A DNA stretch of 64,000 bases, taken from Candidatus Bathyarchaeia archaeon (GTDB taxonomy: Archaea > Thermoproteota > Bathyarchaeia > Bathyarchaeales > Bathycorpusculaceae). The position numbers and the translations under genes were made by a program. The notes under the pieces are model-generated. The model was not told where the DNA came from. It did no database searches and was given only the letters and a program-made list of their open reading frames with translations. Location of the stretch: NCBI GenBank assembly GCA_038871175.1, contig JAVZIQ010000003.1:1-64000 (forward strand), in the 5' to 3' direction. This document shows positions 17,731 through 26,959 of this stretch, piece by piece. Each line of letters opens with the position of its first letter. Position 1 is the first letter of the stretch.

Positions 17731-18270
17731 ATGTTAACTCAGGAAGCCCTGCGTCAAGCTTACGAGCCTGGTTTATATAAGAAAATCGGGGTGATTTCAG
17801 ATACACATGTGCCCACGAGGGCTAGGGAAATTCCTAAAAAGGTTTTTGAAATTTTTGAAAACGTTGACTTCATAGTACATGCAGGCGATTTGGTGGAGTT
17901 ATCCGTTATCGACAAGCTTGAGCAGCTTGCACCTGTGCTTGCTGTTTACGGAAACATGGATGGCCCTGACATCCGTGGAAAACTTCCAAAAATGAACTCT
18001 TTTAATATTTTCGAATGGAAAATTGGAGTTATGCATAATCCTGGAGCACTTTCCGGAATTAATAAAATGCGGGAAATAGCCCATAAAAACGGTTTCAAAG
18101 TGCTCGTTTACGGGCATACCCATCATTCAAACATAAAATGGGATGGAGAAATCCTATTTATAAATCCTGGAAGCCCCACAAACCCAATTCCACCCTTCAT
18201 AGCCAAGCCTTCAGTTGCCCTTCTTAAAGTAACAAAGGAGAAAATATTCCCAGAAATATTTCAAATATGA
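17731..18270 (+). CDS. Metallophosphoesterase, YfcE/MJ0936 family
   Basis: ISDTHVP, HAGD, GNMD, GHTHH motifs in order. 179 aa. Confidence 0.85.
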   Translation: MLTQEALRQAYEPGLYKKIGVISDTHVPTRAREIPKKVFEIFENVDFIVHAGDLVELSVIDKLEQLAPVLAVYGNMDGPDIRGKLPKMNSFNIFEWKIGVMHNPGALSGINKMREIAHKNGFKVLVYGHTHHSNIKWDGEILFINPGSPTNPIPPFIAKPSVALLKVTKEKIFPEIFQI

Positions 18271-18534
18271 ACGGATTTGGGTTTAATGCTAAAGCCCATT
18301 CCAGCCAAAAATATATTTGCGTAAATAGCCTTTTCAGTCCGCCGAAAAGTTGAAGATTGAGGGCTAAGCCGCAGAATATATAGTAAAATTTAAAGATTTT
18401 TAAAATAATCTGCGCTAAAGTCTTTTCATCCGTACTGGAAGAAGTGGCGAATTTATCTCTGACAAGAAGCCTTTTACATAAAAGTATCAGACAATCTTAA
18501 ATAGGTATTAGCGAATTTTCAAGGCGGCGATGGC

Positions 18535-19533
18535 ATGCCTTGCACTGTTGTGGTTGGAGCCTTCTGGGGAGATGAGGGTAAGGGTAAAATTATATCGTAT
18601 TTGGCCTTAAAGGACAAGGTTGATGTAACTGTTAGAACAGGTTCGGTTAATGCAGCCCATACTGTTTGGATTGAAGGTAAACGTTACGCTTTACACATGG
18701 TTCCATCAACCTTTGTTTATGAAAAATGCCGACTGTTAATAGGTGCAGGGGCAAATGTTTATGTAGCTAAATTCCTCGAAGAGGTTGAACTGACCAATGT
18801 GAAAAGCCGCATAGGAGTGGATTACCAAGCGTCCATAATTGAAGAGAAACATCGAGATTGTGAAAAATCCAGTGAGCATTTAAAGGGCATCGGCACGACA
18901 GGTTGGGGTGTTGGACCAGCCATTGAAGAACGAGTCCGTAGGACAGCGAAACTTGCAAGGGACATACCGGAGCTTAAGCCATACTTAACAGACGCTGCTG
19001 AGGAAGCAAACAGGGCTATAGCAGAGGGGAAAAAAGTTCTGCTGGAAGGAACTCAGGGGTCGATGCTTTCACTTTTCCACGGAACATACCCCTACGTGAC
19101 TGGAAGGGATACGTGTGCTTCTGCCATATGTTCAGAGGCAGGTGTAGGCCCAACTAAAGTGGACAACGTACTCTTAGTTTTTAAAGCTTACATGACCAGA
19201 GTTGGAGCTGGACCACTTCCAGGAGAGCTTCCAAAAGAGGAGTCTGTTAAAAGGGGATGGTTTGAAGTTGCCGCCGGAACAGGCAGGGATAGACGTTCAG
19301 CCCCATTCAACTTTGAAGTTGCTGAAAAGGCTGTTATGTTAAATGGGGCAACTCAGGCTGCCATAACCAAGCTTGACGTTCTGTACCCCTCTTGCAGGGG
19401 TAAAAAATCCTTCGAAGAGATTCCAAATGAGGCAAGAGAGTTTCTAAGGGAGTTTGAAAGGCGATTAGGAATACCCGTTGTGCTTATTGGCACAGGGCCA
19501 GAGGCCTTAGACATAATTGACAGAAGAACATAG
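18535..19533 (+). CDS. purA: Adenylosuccinate synthetase (short archaeal type)
   Basis: VVVGAFWGDEGKGKII P-loop and GIGTTGWGVGP motif. 332 aa. Confidence 0.9.
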   Translation: MPCTVVVGAFWGDEGKGKIISYLALKDKVDVTVRTGSVNAAHTVWIEGKRYALHMVPSTFVYEKCRLLIGAGANVYVAKFLEEVELTNVKSRIGVDYQASIIEEKHRDCEKSSEHLKGIGTTGWGVGPAIEERVRRTAKLARDIPELKPYLTDAAEEANRAIAEGKKVLLEGTQGSMLSLFHGTYPYVTGRDTCASAICSEAGVGPTKVDNVLLVFKAYMTRVGAGPLPGELPKEESVKRGWFEVAAGTGRDRRSAPFNFEVAEKAVMLNGATQAAITKLDVLYPSCRGKKSFEEIPNEAREFLREFERRLGIPVVLIGTGPEALDIIDRRT

Positions 19534-19625
19534 AAGAGGCTTTATTGAGCTGGCAGAATAAAATGAAGGCTTTTCGAATTAGTTAGAAGTTTTCGAGGAT
19601 TAGTTGTTATCTGTGAGGAGCCTAC

Positions 19626-20822
19626 GTGTTAAGGGAGGTGTTAAAGAGAATTTTTTCTTTCAGCATTTTCAGAGAGGTTTTGAATAGAGATTTAAGGCTG
19701 ATTTTCACCTCAAACCTTTTAGGCGCCTTCGGAGACGGCCTTTACGCTTATCTTTTACCCTACTACATGAAGGAGGTTTTATACGCCACGCCTGTTGAGG
19801 TTGGAGTGCTTTACGCTTTGTCAAGCCTAACGGCAGCAGTCACCCTTTTCACAGCTGGAATGTTTGCAGATAGATATGATAGGAAGAAGATTATGATTGC
19901 AGGTTGGGCTGCATGGATTCCTGCGCCTTTAATATTTTCCTATGCTACAAGTTGGGTTCAAATGGTGCCAGGCATGATTTTATATGGCTTCTGGCTTGGA
20001 GGCCCCACAACAACAGCTTACATAGTTACATCAGCTGGTAAGAATAGGCTCACTTTAACTTTTACATCTATTTCTGCATCATGGTCTCTAGGCTACATTT
20101 TTTCCCCGGCTTTAGGAGGGCTTATGGCTGAAAAACTTGGAATGCAAACAGTCTTCTACACGGCTTTCATTTTATATTTCCTAGCAGCCCTCACCCTAAT
20201 ATTCATAAAGAGTCAGCATGGACCCGTTAACAAAAAGCAAATGGAAATCGGCTCGCTTCTTAAGTTTCTGAAAACAGCCCACCTCATGGTTCTTTCAGTT
20301 TTCTTTGCTTTAACAATGTTCTCTTTAATGATGTTCCGTCCCTTCATACCTCAATTTTTATCTGACGTCTACCATTATGGGGATTTCCAAATAGGCGTTC
20401 TAGGCTCTTTCTCCTTTCTAGGCTCAGCGGTTTTAGGCATACTCCTCGGCAGGTTAGGAGACAAAATTGGGAAAAAATATGCACTTTCAATAGCCCTTTT
20501 CCTATGCAGCCTTTCCCTAGCCCTTATTATAGGCTCAGGGAACTTCATCATCCTAACAACGGCCTCCTTCATCGCAGGGGCCTCTTACAGCGTATGGTCT
20601 TTGATGAACGCCATTTTAGGGCCAATAGCCCCTGAAAACATGAGGGCGAAATGGATATCTATCCCACAGACCATTAGCATGCTAGCCTCCTTTTTAGCTC
20701 CCTACATCGGAGGGATAATATATGACTTATCGCCACACTACACTTTTATAATAGCAATAATTGCAACTTCCTCCATAGCCGTATCGGCGGTAACCAAAAT
20801 ATTAAACGACCAGCCTATCTGA
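19626..20822 (+). CDS. MFS transporter
   Basis: About 12 TM segments and the loop motif GMFADRYDRKKIM between TM2 and TM3. Confidence 0.8.
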   Translation: MLREVLKRIFSFSIFREVLNRDLRLIFTSNLLGAFGDGLYAYLLPYYMKEVLYATPVEVGVLYALSSLTAAVTLFTAGMFADRYDRKKIMIAGWAAWIPAPLIFSYATSWVQMVPGMILYGFWLGGPTTTAYIVTSAGKNRLTLTFTSISASWSLGYIFSPALGGLMAEKLGMQTVFYTAFILYFLAALTLIFIKSQHGPVNKKQMEIGSLLKFLKTAHLMVLSVFFALTMFSLMMFRPFIPQFLSDVYHYGDFQIGVLGSFSFLGSAVLGILLGRLGDKIGKKYALSIALFLCSLSLALIIGSGNFIILTTASFIAGASYSVWSLMNAILGPIAPENMRAKWISIPQTISMLASFLAPYIGGIIYDLSPHYTFIIAIIATSSIAVSAVTKILNDQPI

Positions 20823-20880
20823 TTCTAATCCCAAACTAATACAACTAATCGCCATCACCAGACATAAGAATTTATGGCAA

Positions 20881-21311
20881 ATGTTAAATTTGCTATTTAA
20901 TAAGAATAGTCTGGGTGAGAGTGTGCCTAAAGAGGCTTTGTCTAAAGATGAGGAGACATTGCAGGTTTTGAAGGAGATCAAGGCTTTGCTGGAGCCTAAG
21001 CCAGCTCCACCAGCTCCGCCGCCTCCTAAGGGCCTTTTGAATGAGTTCTTAGACTTTTTATCCAAGTACAAGGTTATGGGCATGGCTGTAGCCTTCATCT
21101 TAGGCTTTACCTTGGCGCTTTAGTTCAGGCCTTAGTAGAGGACTTAATCATGCCGATAATAACGCTTGTTTTGCCAGGCGTTCAGTGGGAAGCTCTTGCC
21201 GTGGGGCCCTTCCGCATAGGCCATTTCATAGGTGCATTAATAACATTCATTATTGTGGCTTTCGTCATCTTCCTAATCGTGAAGATAACTAGAAAATGGG
21301 GAATTGAGTAA
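20881..21311 (+). pseudogene. mscL: MscL-like large-conductance mechanosensitive channel, frame broken at a T-run (21106-21108)
   Basis: Frame 1 ends ...GLLNEFLDFLSKYKVMGMAVAFILG. A second frame continues YLGALVQALVEDLIMPIITLVLPG...FIIVAFVIFLIVKITRKWGIE* (MscL TM1, loop, TM2). One extra T would fuse the two frames. Confidence 0.7.
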
Positions 21312-21461
21312 ACGCTTCACTTCTCCCCCATTTTTATGTATACGTCAACGACAAGACTAGAAAAGGCATAAAATGGCTTGGTTCTTTTCCAACGTTTTCC
21401 TTTCCCTATTGAACAGTAAATTTTAAATTTTAATTAAAACATACTTTGCATGGCGTTTTAA

Positions 21462-21866
21462 ATGCCAAAAATCGAAGAGATAGAGGGAATAGGTCCGGCT
21501 TACGCTAAGAAGCTTGCTGAAGCAGGAATTAAAACCACCGACGATTTGCTTGCTGCCGGTGCAACGCCTAAGGGAAGAGAGGAGCTTGCAGCTAAAACTG
21601 GAATATCAAGCAAACTCATTCTTGAATGGGTTAACCTAGCCGACCTCTTCAGAATTAAAGGTATAGGGGAGGAGTATTCAGACCTCCTTGAAGAGGCAGG
21701 AGTTGACACTGTAGTTGAACTTGCAAAGAGAGATCCTGAAAACCTCCACGCCAAAATCCTTGAAGTTAACGAGAAAAAGAAGCTTGTAAGAAGGCCGCCT
21801 ACATTAAAACAGGTTAAAGACTGGGTTGAACAGGCAAAGAAGCTTCCTAGAAAAGTTGAATATTAA
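21462..21866 (+). CDS. Helix-hairpin-helix repeat protein (DUF4332-like)
   Basis: Two HhH-like units: IEGIGPAYAKKLAEAGIKTTDDL and IKGIGEEYSDLLEEAGVDTVVEL. Confidence 0.6.
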   Translation: MPKIEEIEGIGPAYAKKLAEAGIKTTDDLLAAGATPKGREELAAKTGISSKLILEWVNLADLFRIKGIGEEYSDLLEEAGVDTVVELAKRDPENLHAKILEVNEKKKLVRRPPTLKQVKDWVEQAKKLPRKVEY

Positions 21867-21974
21867 CAAATTCCACCACCTCTTTTTCTTTTCAATAAAG
21901 ACGGCTAACCGCATAATAGAACGTCGATTCAAAGTTTTTAAGCAATTGTAAACAATTCTAATGGGACGATAAAT

Positions 21975-22424
21975 ATGAAGCTTCCTGAATATGTAACCGT
22001 AGAAGAAGTAAAAAGAGTTTGCAGAACTCTAGGCATAAGAGATTGGACCATGTTAAAAAAGCCTGAAGTAACCCTTGAAGAAGCCAAAGTAATTTTGGCA
22101 GAGCTGGAAACTGGAGGAATGAATATTTCCCTTGAGAATTTCCGCCGAGGACTAGAAGTAGAGTTGGAACATGGAATTCGCTTTCCAGAGGCAAACGTCA
22201 CCAACAACCACCCAATTTTAACTGGTAAAATTGTACTAGCCCACTTCAAAGAATCCTTGGATTATTACCAACGATTAGAAGTAGCTGAAATCGAAGGAGA
22301 CCTTTTGAAAGCAGCAGCAGCCAAGGACTCCTCAAAACTTCTAGTTCTATATAGAAAACTCATAAAAGCAAAATTAGAGCTAAGCCAAGCAGAAGCCCAA
22401 ACACTTCAAGCCTACACCGCCTGA
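21975..22424 (+). CDS. Hypothetical protein (149 aa)
   Basis: Clean ORF with a GLEVELEHG...ILTGKIVLAHFKESLDYYQRLE motif of uncertain family. The antisense ORFs in the track are shadows. Confidence 0.5.
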   Translation: MKLPEYVTVEEVKRVCRTLGIRDWTMLKKPEVTLEEAKVILAELETGGMNISLENFRRGLEVELEHGIRFPEANVTNNHPILTGKIVLAHFKESLDYYQRLEVAEIEGDLLKAAAAKDSSKLLVLYRKLIKAKLELSQAEAQTLQAYTA

Positions 22425-22495
22425 ACAGCCATTATTAGCTCCTTAAGCACATTACTGTATTAACCGAGTAGGCTTCTCTATTGAAAACGCACGGT

Positions 22496-22872
22496 TTATA
22501 GGTTAACCTTAAGCCTAAAGGGTTCACTTTGGGCTTTAAATACTTTTACAACTCCATTATCAGCGTTAACCCCCCACAGGTCTCCTGTTTCTATGAGCCA
22601 AAAGGGTTTTCTCAAATTTATGAACCATGAACGCGTTTGCTATTACACCGCTGAAAGCTATTACGGTTTCATCTTCAAAATTGATTATGGTTTCAGGGAC
22701 GTTCCCACCCTTAAAAACTATTTGGAAATGCCATTGTCCAGTGGTCAAACCCCTTATCTTATGGGAAGACTAATATCTTCTCCACAATTATTCCCGTGTA
22801 TGGGTTAATCCCCTGCAGTTATTGATATTAGCATCTGGTCACGAGGCTTCCTTTTGCCTTACCTTTGCTCAT
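22496..22872 (-). pseudogene. Decayed AcnX small subunit (DUF126 swivel domain)
   Basis: Hand translation gives MSKGKAKGSLVTRC*YQ*LQGINPYTGIIVEKILVFP*DKG, then a frameshift to TTGQWHFQIVFKGGNVPETIINFEDETVIAFSGVIANAFMVHKFEKT, then a frameshift to LIETGDLWGVNADNGVVKV. This is collinear with the intact paralog 51865-52299. Confidence 0.8.
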
Positions 22873-24116
22873 GTTTGCCACCTGCCCTTGACTGCTGCAT
22901 TAATGCAATTTTCTGTTGAGGCGAGTATGGATCCCATGTTGAAGAGGCCGTGGGAATAGTAAACTTGCTTTACAGAGTTTGTAACCACCACGTGAGCTCC
23001 CTGCTCTTTAAGGTAGGTGTACATCCCTCCTGAAGGACATGTGTCGGCTAAAACTAGCCCTCCAGCCTTTCCTATCATATGGGAGTATCCCATGCGGTCT
23101 GCATAGGATTTTGTGGCCTTTGATGTAAAAACCCAAAGCTTAACTTTAGGGTGAACCTTTTTCCCCTCAAGCAGAATTGCAATTTCCTCTATTTCCTGCA
23201 ATGTGCAGTGGGGACATCCGAAAATTACATAGTCAACCTTTTCCTCGTCCGTCATCCTTAGTTCTTCATAAACATTTTCCACTTCTGAGGGGGTGATTGT
23301 TATCTTTTCATCAGGTTTATCTCCTCCGAAAGCCTCCTTAAGCGTCTGAGCTTCAGGCGTTATGCCCACAGCGTGAAACATGGGAACAGCGCCGGAAACT
23401 GGAAGTGCATAGGCTATGGAGAGGAGGTTTTGAAGAGATATGCTTTTAGGTAAGTTGGCGAAAACAGGAATTTCATCTCCGACAACCCTGCCAGTATGGT
23501 AGGCCATAGCCGCATAGTCTGTCGAAGTGTAATTTTCCAGTTTAAGCTGACTAACGTCGACGAGCACATTTCCAACCCTGTTTTCAGGCAAATGCATTCC
23601 ATACTCTGGAGTTTTTCCAACAACGGCTGCAGCAATGGCTGAGTGGTCACCCTCCCTATTCGTCATGGCGCCAAAAACCGAGTTGGCAAAAACTTCGCTA
23701 ACCGATTCAGCCCAAGCTAAATGCTCACCCTTCCTCGCTAGATTTCCGACAAGAAAGTGTTGACAAGTGTAAAAAAGCTTAAACCCAAGCTTCCTCAAAG
23801 CTTCATCAATTCTAAGCTGCATCTTCCTAAAAATTTCAGGAACAACCATCTCACGCCAAAACTCAAAGTCAAAACACTGAGGATTCACAGTGGCAAAAAC
23901 TTTAGCTTTAACTCCTGATTCAGCAAACTCCTCCAACCACTCAACCCCCTCCACCCCCAAAACCCCAAAATTTCCAGCCATATGAGCACTGCTTACAGGT
24001 ATCAACCTCTCAGCATCATAAAGATCTCCCAAAGCAACCAAAATTTCCATAGCCTTCTCCACACCAGAACCAAATTCCCCCTCAAGCATTCTCTCCTCTT
24101 CCCCAGTCAAATACAT
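22869..24116 (-). CDS. Aconitase X large (catalytic, DUF521) subunit, copy 1
   Basis: 415 aa. Roughly 70 percent identical by eye to ORF 50618-51877. Conserved blocks include IPVSSAHMAGN, GAMTNREGDHSA, GKTPEYGMHLPENR, FGCPHCTLQEIEEIA. Confidence 0.85.
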   Translation of the reverse strand: MYLTGEEERMLEGEFGSGVEKAMEILVALGDLYDAERLIPVSSAHMAGNFGVLGVEGVEWLEEFAESGVKAKVFATVNPQCFDFEFWREMVVPEIFRKMQLRIDEALRKLGFKLFYTCQHFLVGNLARKGEHLAWAESVSEVFANSVFGAMTNREGDHSAIAAAVVGKTPEYGMHLPENRVGNVLVDVSQLKLENYTSTDYAAMAYHTGRVVGDEIPVFANLPKSISLQNLLSIAYALPVSGAVPMFHAVGITPEAQTLKEAFGGDKPDEKITITPSEVENVYEELRMTDEEKVDYVIFGCPHCTLQEIEEIAILLEGKKVHPKVKLWVFTSKATKSYADRMGYSHMIGKAGGLVLADTCPSGGMYTYLKEQGAHVVVTNSVKQVYYSHGLFNMGSILASTENCINAAVKGRWQT

Positions 24117-24646
24117 GCCATACCCCCATACCCCATCATCTTCAACCCAGTTATATATTATTCAAATTTGAAGAAATCAAAACAGATCCAGAAGAAAACA
24201 CTAATCCAAAAGCTTCAAGGCCAAGTACAAAAAAGTGTTAAGGAAGCAAAAATAAGGCAAATTCCGAAAATAACACACAAATCCATTAGTAAGCCTTTCA
24301 AAGCTTACTTTTGAAGCGCAAAAAATCCATAGGCTCAAATCAGAGAGACTGAATTTTAGGCTTAGAAAATGATTGCCTCATATCTTGATGCTTTGAAAAA
24401 ATCTGCGACTTAAAAAAGAACTTCACAAAACACACCTAAAGCTTTTTTGCATACATGAAACCAGGATGGTTTGGAAGTTTGTTTGAAAAGCTTAAGAACC
24501 TTTTAGAGTTAAAGGATATATTTATCAGTAGCAGCAGCGAAGAAACCGCATTTAAATAGCTAAAAGCTTAGTTTCTTGATGGCTTTATTATCAAATTTCT
24601 ATCGGATGTAGACATTTCCAAAATTTTGTCTGAACCAAAAAGTAGG

Positions 24647-24732
24647 CGCGGGGTGCGGGATTTGAACCCGCGCGGCCATTGCTGACCACAGGCTTAGCAG
24701 GCCTGCCCCCTACCAGGCTAGGGCAACCCCGC
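24647..24732 (-). tRNA. tRNA-Ser (GCU)
   Basis: Acceptor GCGGGGT/ACCCCGC, anticodon stem CAGGC/GCCTG with loop CTGCTAA, long variable arm TGGTCAGCAATGGCCGC, T arm GCGGG-TTCAAAT-CCCGC. Confidence 0.88.
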
Positions 24733-24892
24733 CATAATTTTTACCGGTCCCGCATATTTTTAACGTTTCTCTTTCATTGCCTTTCGAGAAGAATAGAAGT
24801 GCAACTTTTATACCTGCTGTTCGAGCAAGTTATGCCGGTAAAATTTAGCCCAATTTTATCTAAAGTCATTTGCAAAAATACTAAGAATTTTA

Positions 24893-25786
24893 ATGTTTCT
24901 TCGGCAAATCTACGATTGTGGAATAATGGAATATCAAAGGTTTCTAACTCAAGGTTTCAAGCCCTTTAATCCTTTGGAATTAGTTAAGGAAACTGAAAAG
25001 ATTGTCACCAGGCATGGAAGTGAAGGTTTAGAAAGGAAGTATACTGATTTTTATTCTGTTCCTGTTTATAGAGGTATAGCTACTGGCTATGCTGCTGGAT
25101 GCTGTTTAAGATGCGTATATTGCTGGAGTAATTGGTCAAGGGATTTTCCTGAGAAGTTTGGTAATTTTTATTCTCCTAGGCAAGTTGCTCAGAATCTGTT
25201 TGAGGCTGCTGAAGAAGGAATAGTTTATTCTGATTATTGGAGAAAGCTTATTCCGAAAGTTAATAAGCTTCGCTTGTCTGGATGCGAGCCGACCATAGGA
25301 AAGGAGCATTTGTTGGCTGTTCTTAGCTTTGTTAAAGAATCAAAATATCCTCTTTTTATCTTAGAAACAAACGGAATAGTTCTGGGAAGTGATAAGGATT
25401 ATGTTAAAAGGCTTGGTGAGTTTAAGGATAAGCTTTATGTTAGGGTTTCTTTCAAGGCTGCCACTTCAGAAGGTTTTACTCAAAGAACGGGAGCAATAGG
25501 AGGATTCTATGAGCTTCCGTTTAAGGCTTTAAAGTATTTGCTTGATGAAGGAATTTACGCAAGGGCAGCAGCTATGACGGATAGCAGGATAATGTCCAAA
25601 AAAGAAAGAGAAATTCTGATTCATAGGCTGGATGAAATCGACCCGAAAGCAAATTATGCAAAAACTTTGGAGGAAGAGGTTATTGATGCATATGATACGA
25701 CGGTAAAGAGGTTAAAGGCTTTTAGGGATAAAGATTATGCGAAAAGGCTTATGAGAGAATTCTTAGAGAGTAGTTTTAAAGTGTAA
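24893..25786 (+). CDS. Radical SAM protein
   Basis: CxxxCxxC cluster in GCCLRCVYCW and the glycine-rich LSGCEPT motif. The likely start is the internal ATG (MEYQRF...). Confidence 0.7.
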   Translation: MFLRQIYDCGIMEYQRFLTQGFKPFNPLELVKETEKIVTRHGSEGLERKYTDFYSVPVYRGIATGYAAGCCLRCVYCWSNWSRDFPEKFGNFYSPRQVAQNLFEAAEEGIVYSDYWRKLIPKVNKLRLSGCEPTIGKEHLLAVLSFVKESKYPLFILETNGIVLGSDKDYVKRLGEFKDKLYVRVSFKAATSEGFTQRTGAIGGFYELPFKALKYLLDEGIYARAAAMTDSRIMSKKEREILIHRLDEIDPKANYAKTLEEEVIDAYDTTVKRLKAFRDKDYAKRLMREFLESSFKV

Positions 25787-25904
25787 GGACTTTTGCCCGC
25801 AGGGAACGCCCAGGTCTTGGGTGAGAGATATTCTGACTTCTTAATTAGAGATTAAGTAATACTTTTAAGTTATAGGATGGTTTAAATTCAATTTCCTTGA
25901 GAGT

Positions 25905-26768
25905 GTGTTGTTGAAGAAGCGTAGCTGGATACTGTTCACTGTGGTTGTCTTAATTTGGAGTTCAAATTGGACGTTTATGAAAGTTGGATTAAAATTTGTT
26001 AATCCCCTAAATCTCGTCACCCAGAGGATAATTTTAGCCTCAATCTTCATATTGCCCGCCCTACTGTGGAGAAGGAGTCTTCTTCCAAAAAGTGGCGAGG
26101 TGTGGTTTAAGGCAATTTTCCTCAGTTTAATAAATGCCGTGGGCATGACCTTTTCCAACGTTGGTTTAATGTTTGAGACAACTGGGCTTAGCTCAATATT
26201 GACTTACACTCAACCAATATTTGTTTTCTGTTTGGCTGTTCCTCTCTTAGGCGAGAAAGCAAGTTTAGCTAAGGTTTTAGGGGTTATACTCAGCTTTCTA
26301 GGCATAGCTACACTTTATGCGGATAAACTCTATTCTCCATCAAGCTCTCCTGAAGCATTATTATTCCTGATTTCAGGGGCATTTCTATGGGCTGTTACAA
26401 TAGTTTATTATAAAAAATTTTTAGGCAGTTTAGACCCATTTATCGTTAACGCAATCCAGTTTATCTTCGGCTCAGTTTTCCTTCTAGCAATCGCCCTAAT
26501 GCTTGGAGGAGTTAACTTCAGTTCAGCTCCAATTTACATTTTCTCTCTACTTTACATGTCAATACTTGGAAGTGTAATAGCTATGACAATTTATCTGCTC
26601 CTTGTAAAAGAGGAGGAAACCGTAATAGTCTCCACTTCAAGCCTCATGGTTCCAGCTTTAGCCCTTATTTTCGGATGGTTTTTCCTGAAAGAAACTATGG
26701 AGTTCTACTCCATTCTAGGCTTTCTACTAATACTATTCGGAGTTTACATTGTGAACAAATATCATTGA
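25905..26768 (+). CDS. EamA/DMT-family transporter
   Basis: 10 predicted TM helices in two repeated halves. 287 aa. Confidence 0.8.
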   Translation: MLLKKRSWILFTVVVLIWSSNWTFMKVGLKFVNPLNLVTQRIILASIFILPALLWRRSLLPKSGEVWFKAIFLSLINAVGMTFSNVGLMFETTGLSSILTYTQPIFVFCLAVPLLGEKASLAKVLGVILSFLGIATLYADKLYSPSSSPEALLFLISGAFLWAVTIVYYKKFLGSLDPFIVNAIQFIFGSVFLLAIALMLGGVNFSSAPIYIFSLLYMSILGSVIAMTIYLLLVKEEETVIVSTSSLMVPALALIFGWFFLKETMEFYSILGFLLILFGVYIVNKYH

Positions 26769-26959
26769 AAGAGCCCTTTAAACCGCATTGTGAAAACATA
26801 AGCATGTTGAGATCTACAACTTTAAGGGCGCCTAGGATAAGGGCGTATAAAAGCTTTAAGAGATTCACATGATATTCGCTCATTTTAAAAGGGTTTTAGG
26901 CTTTTCTTCAGAAAACGTAAATAGGGCTTCAGCGAACATTAGAAAAAGTATGTGAAACA

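Noticed and set aside
20802-21098. A 98-aa minus-strand ORF with a GGGGAGGAG run.
   Set aside because: It is antisense to the Pro-rich N-terminal extension of the mscL-like gene. The Gly run is simply the complement of the Pro codons.
24117-24646. A 530-bp intergenic region between AcnX copy 1 and tRNA-Ser(GCU), as a possible ncRNA locus. It includes a 34-codon ORF (MKPGWFGSLFEKLKNLLELKD...).
   Set aside because: I could see no conserved structure, repeats or box motifs, and the short ORF has no supporting signals. It cannot be evaluated without expression or comparative data.
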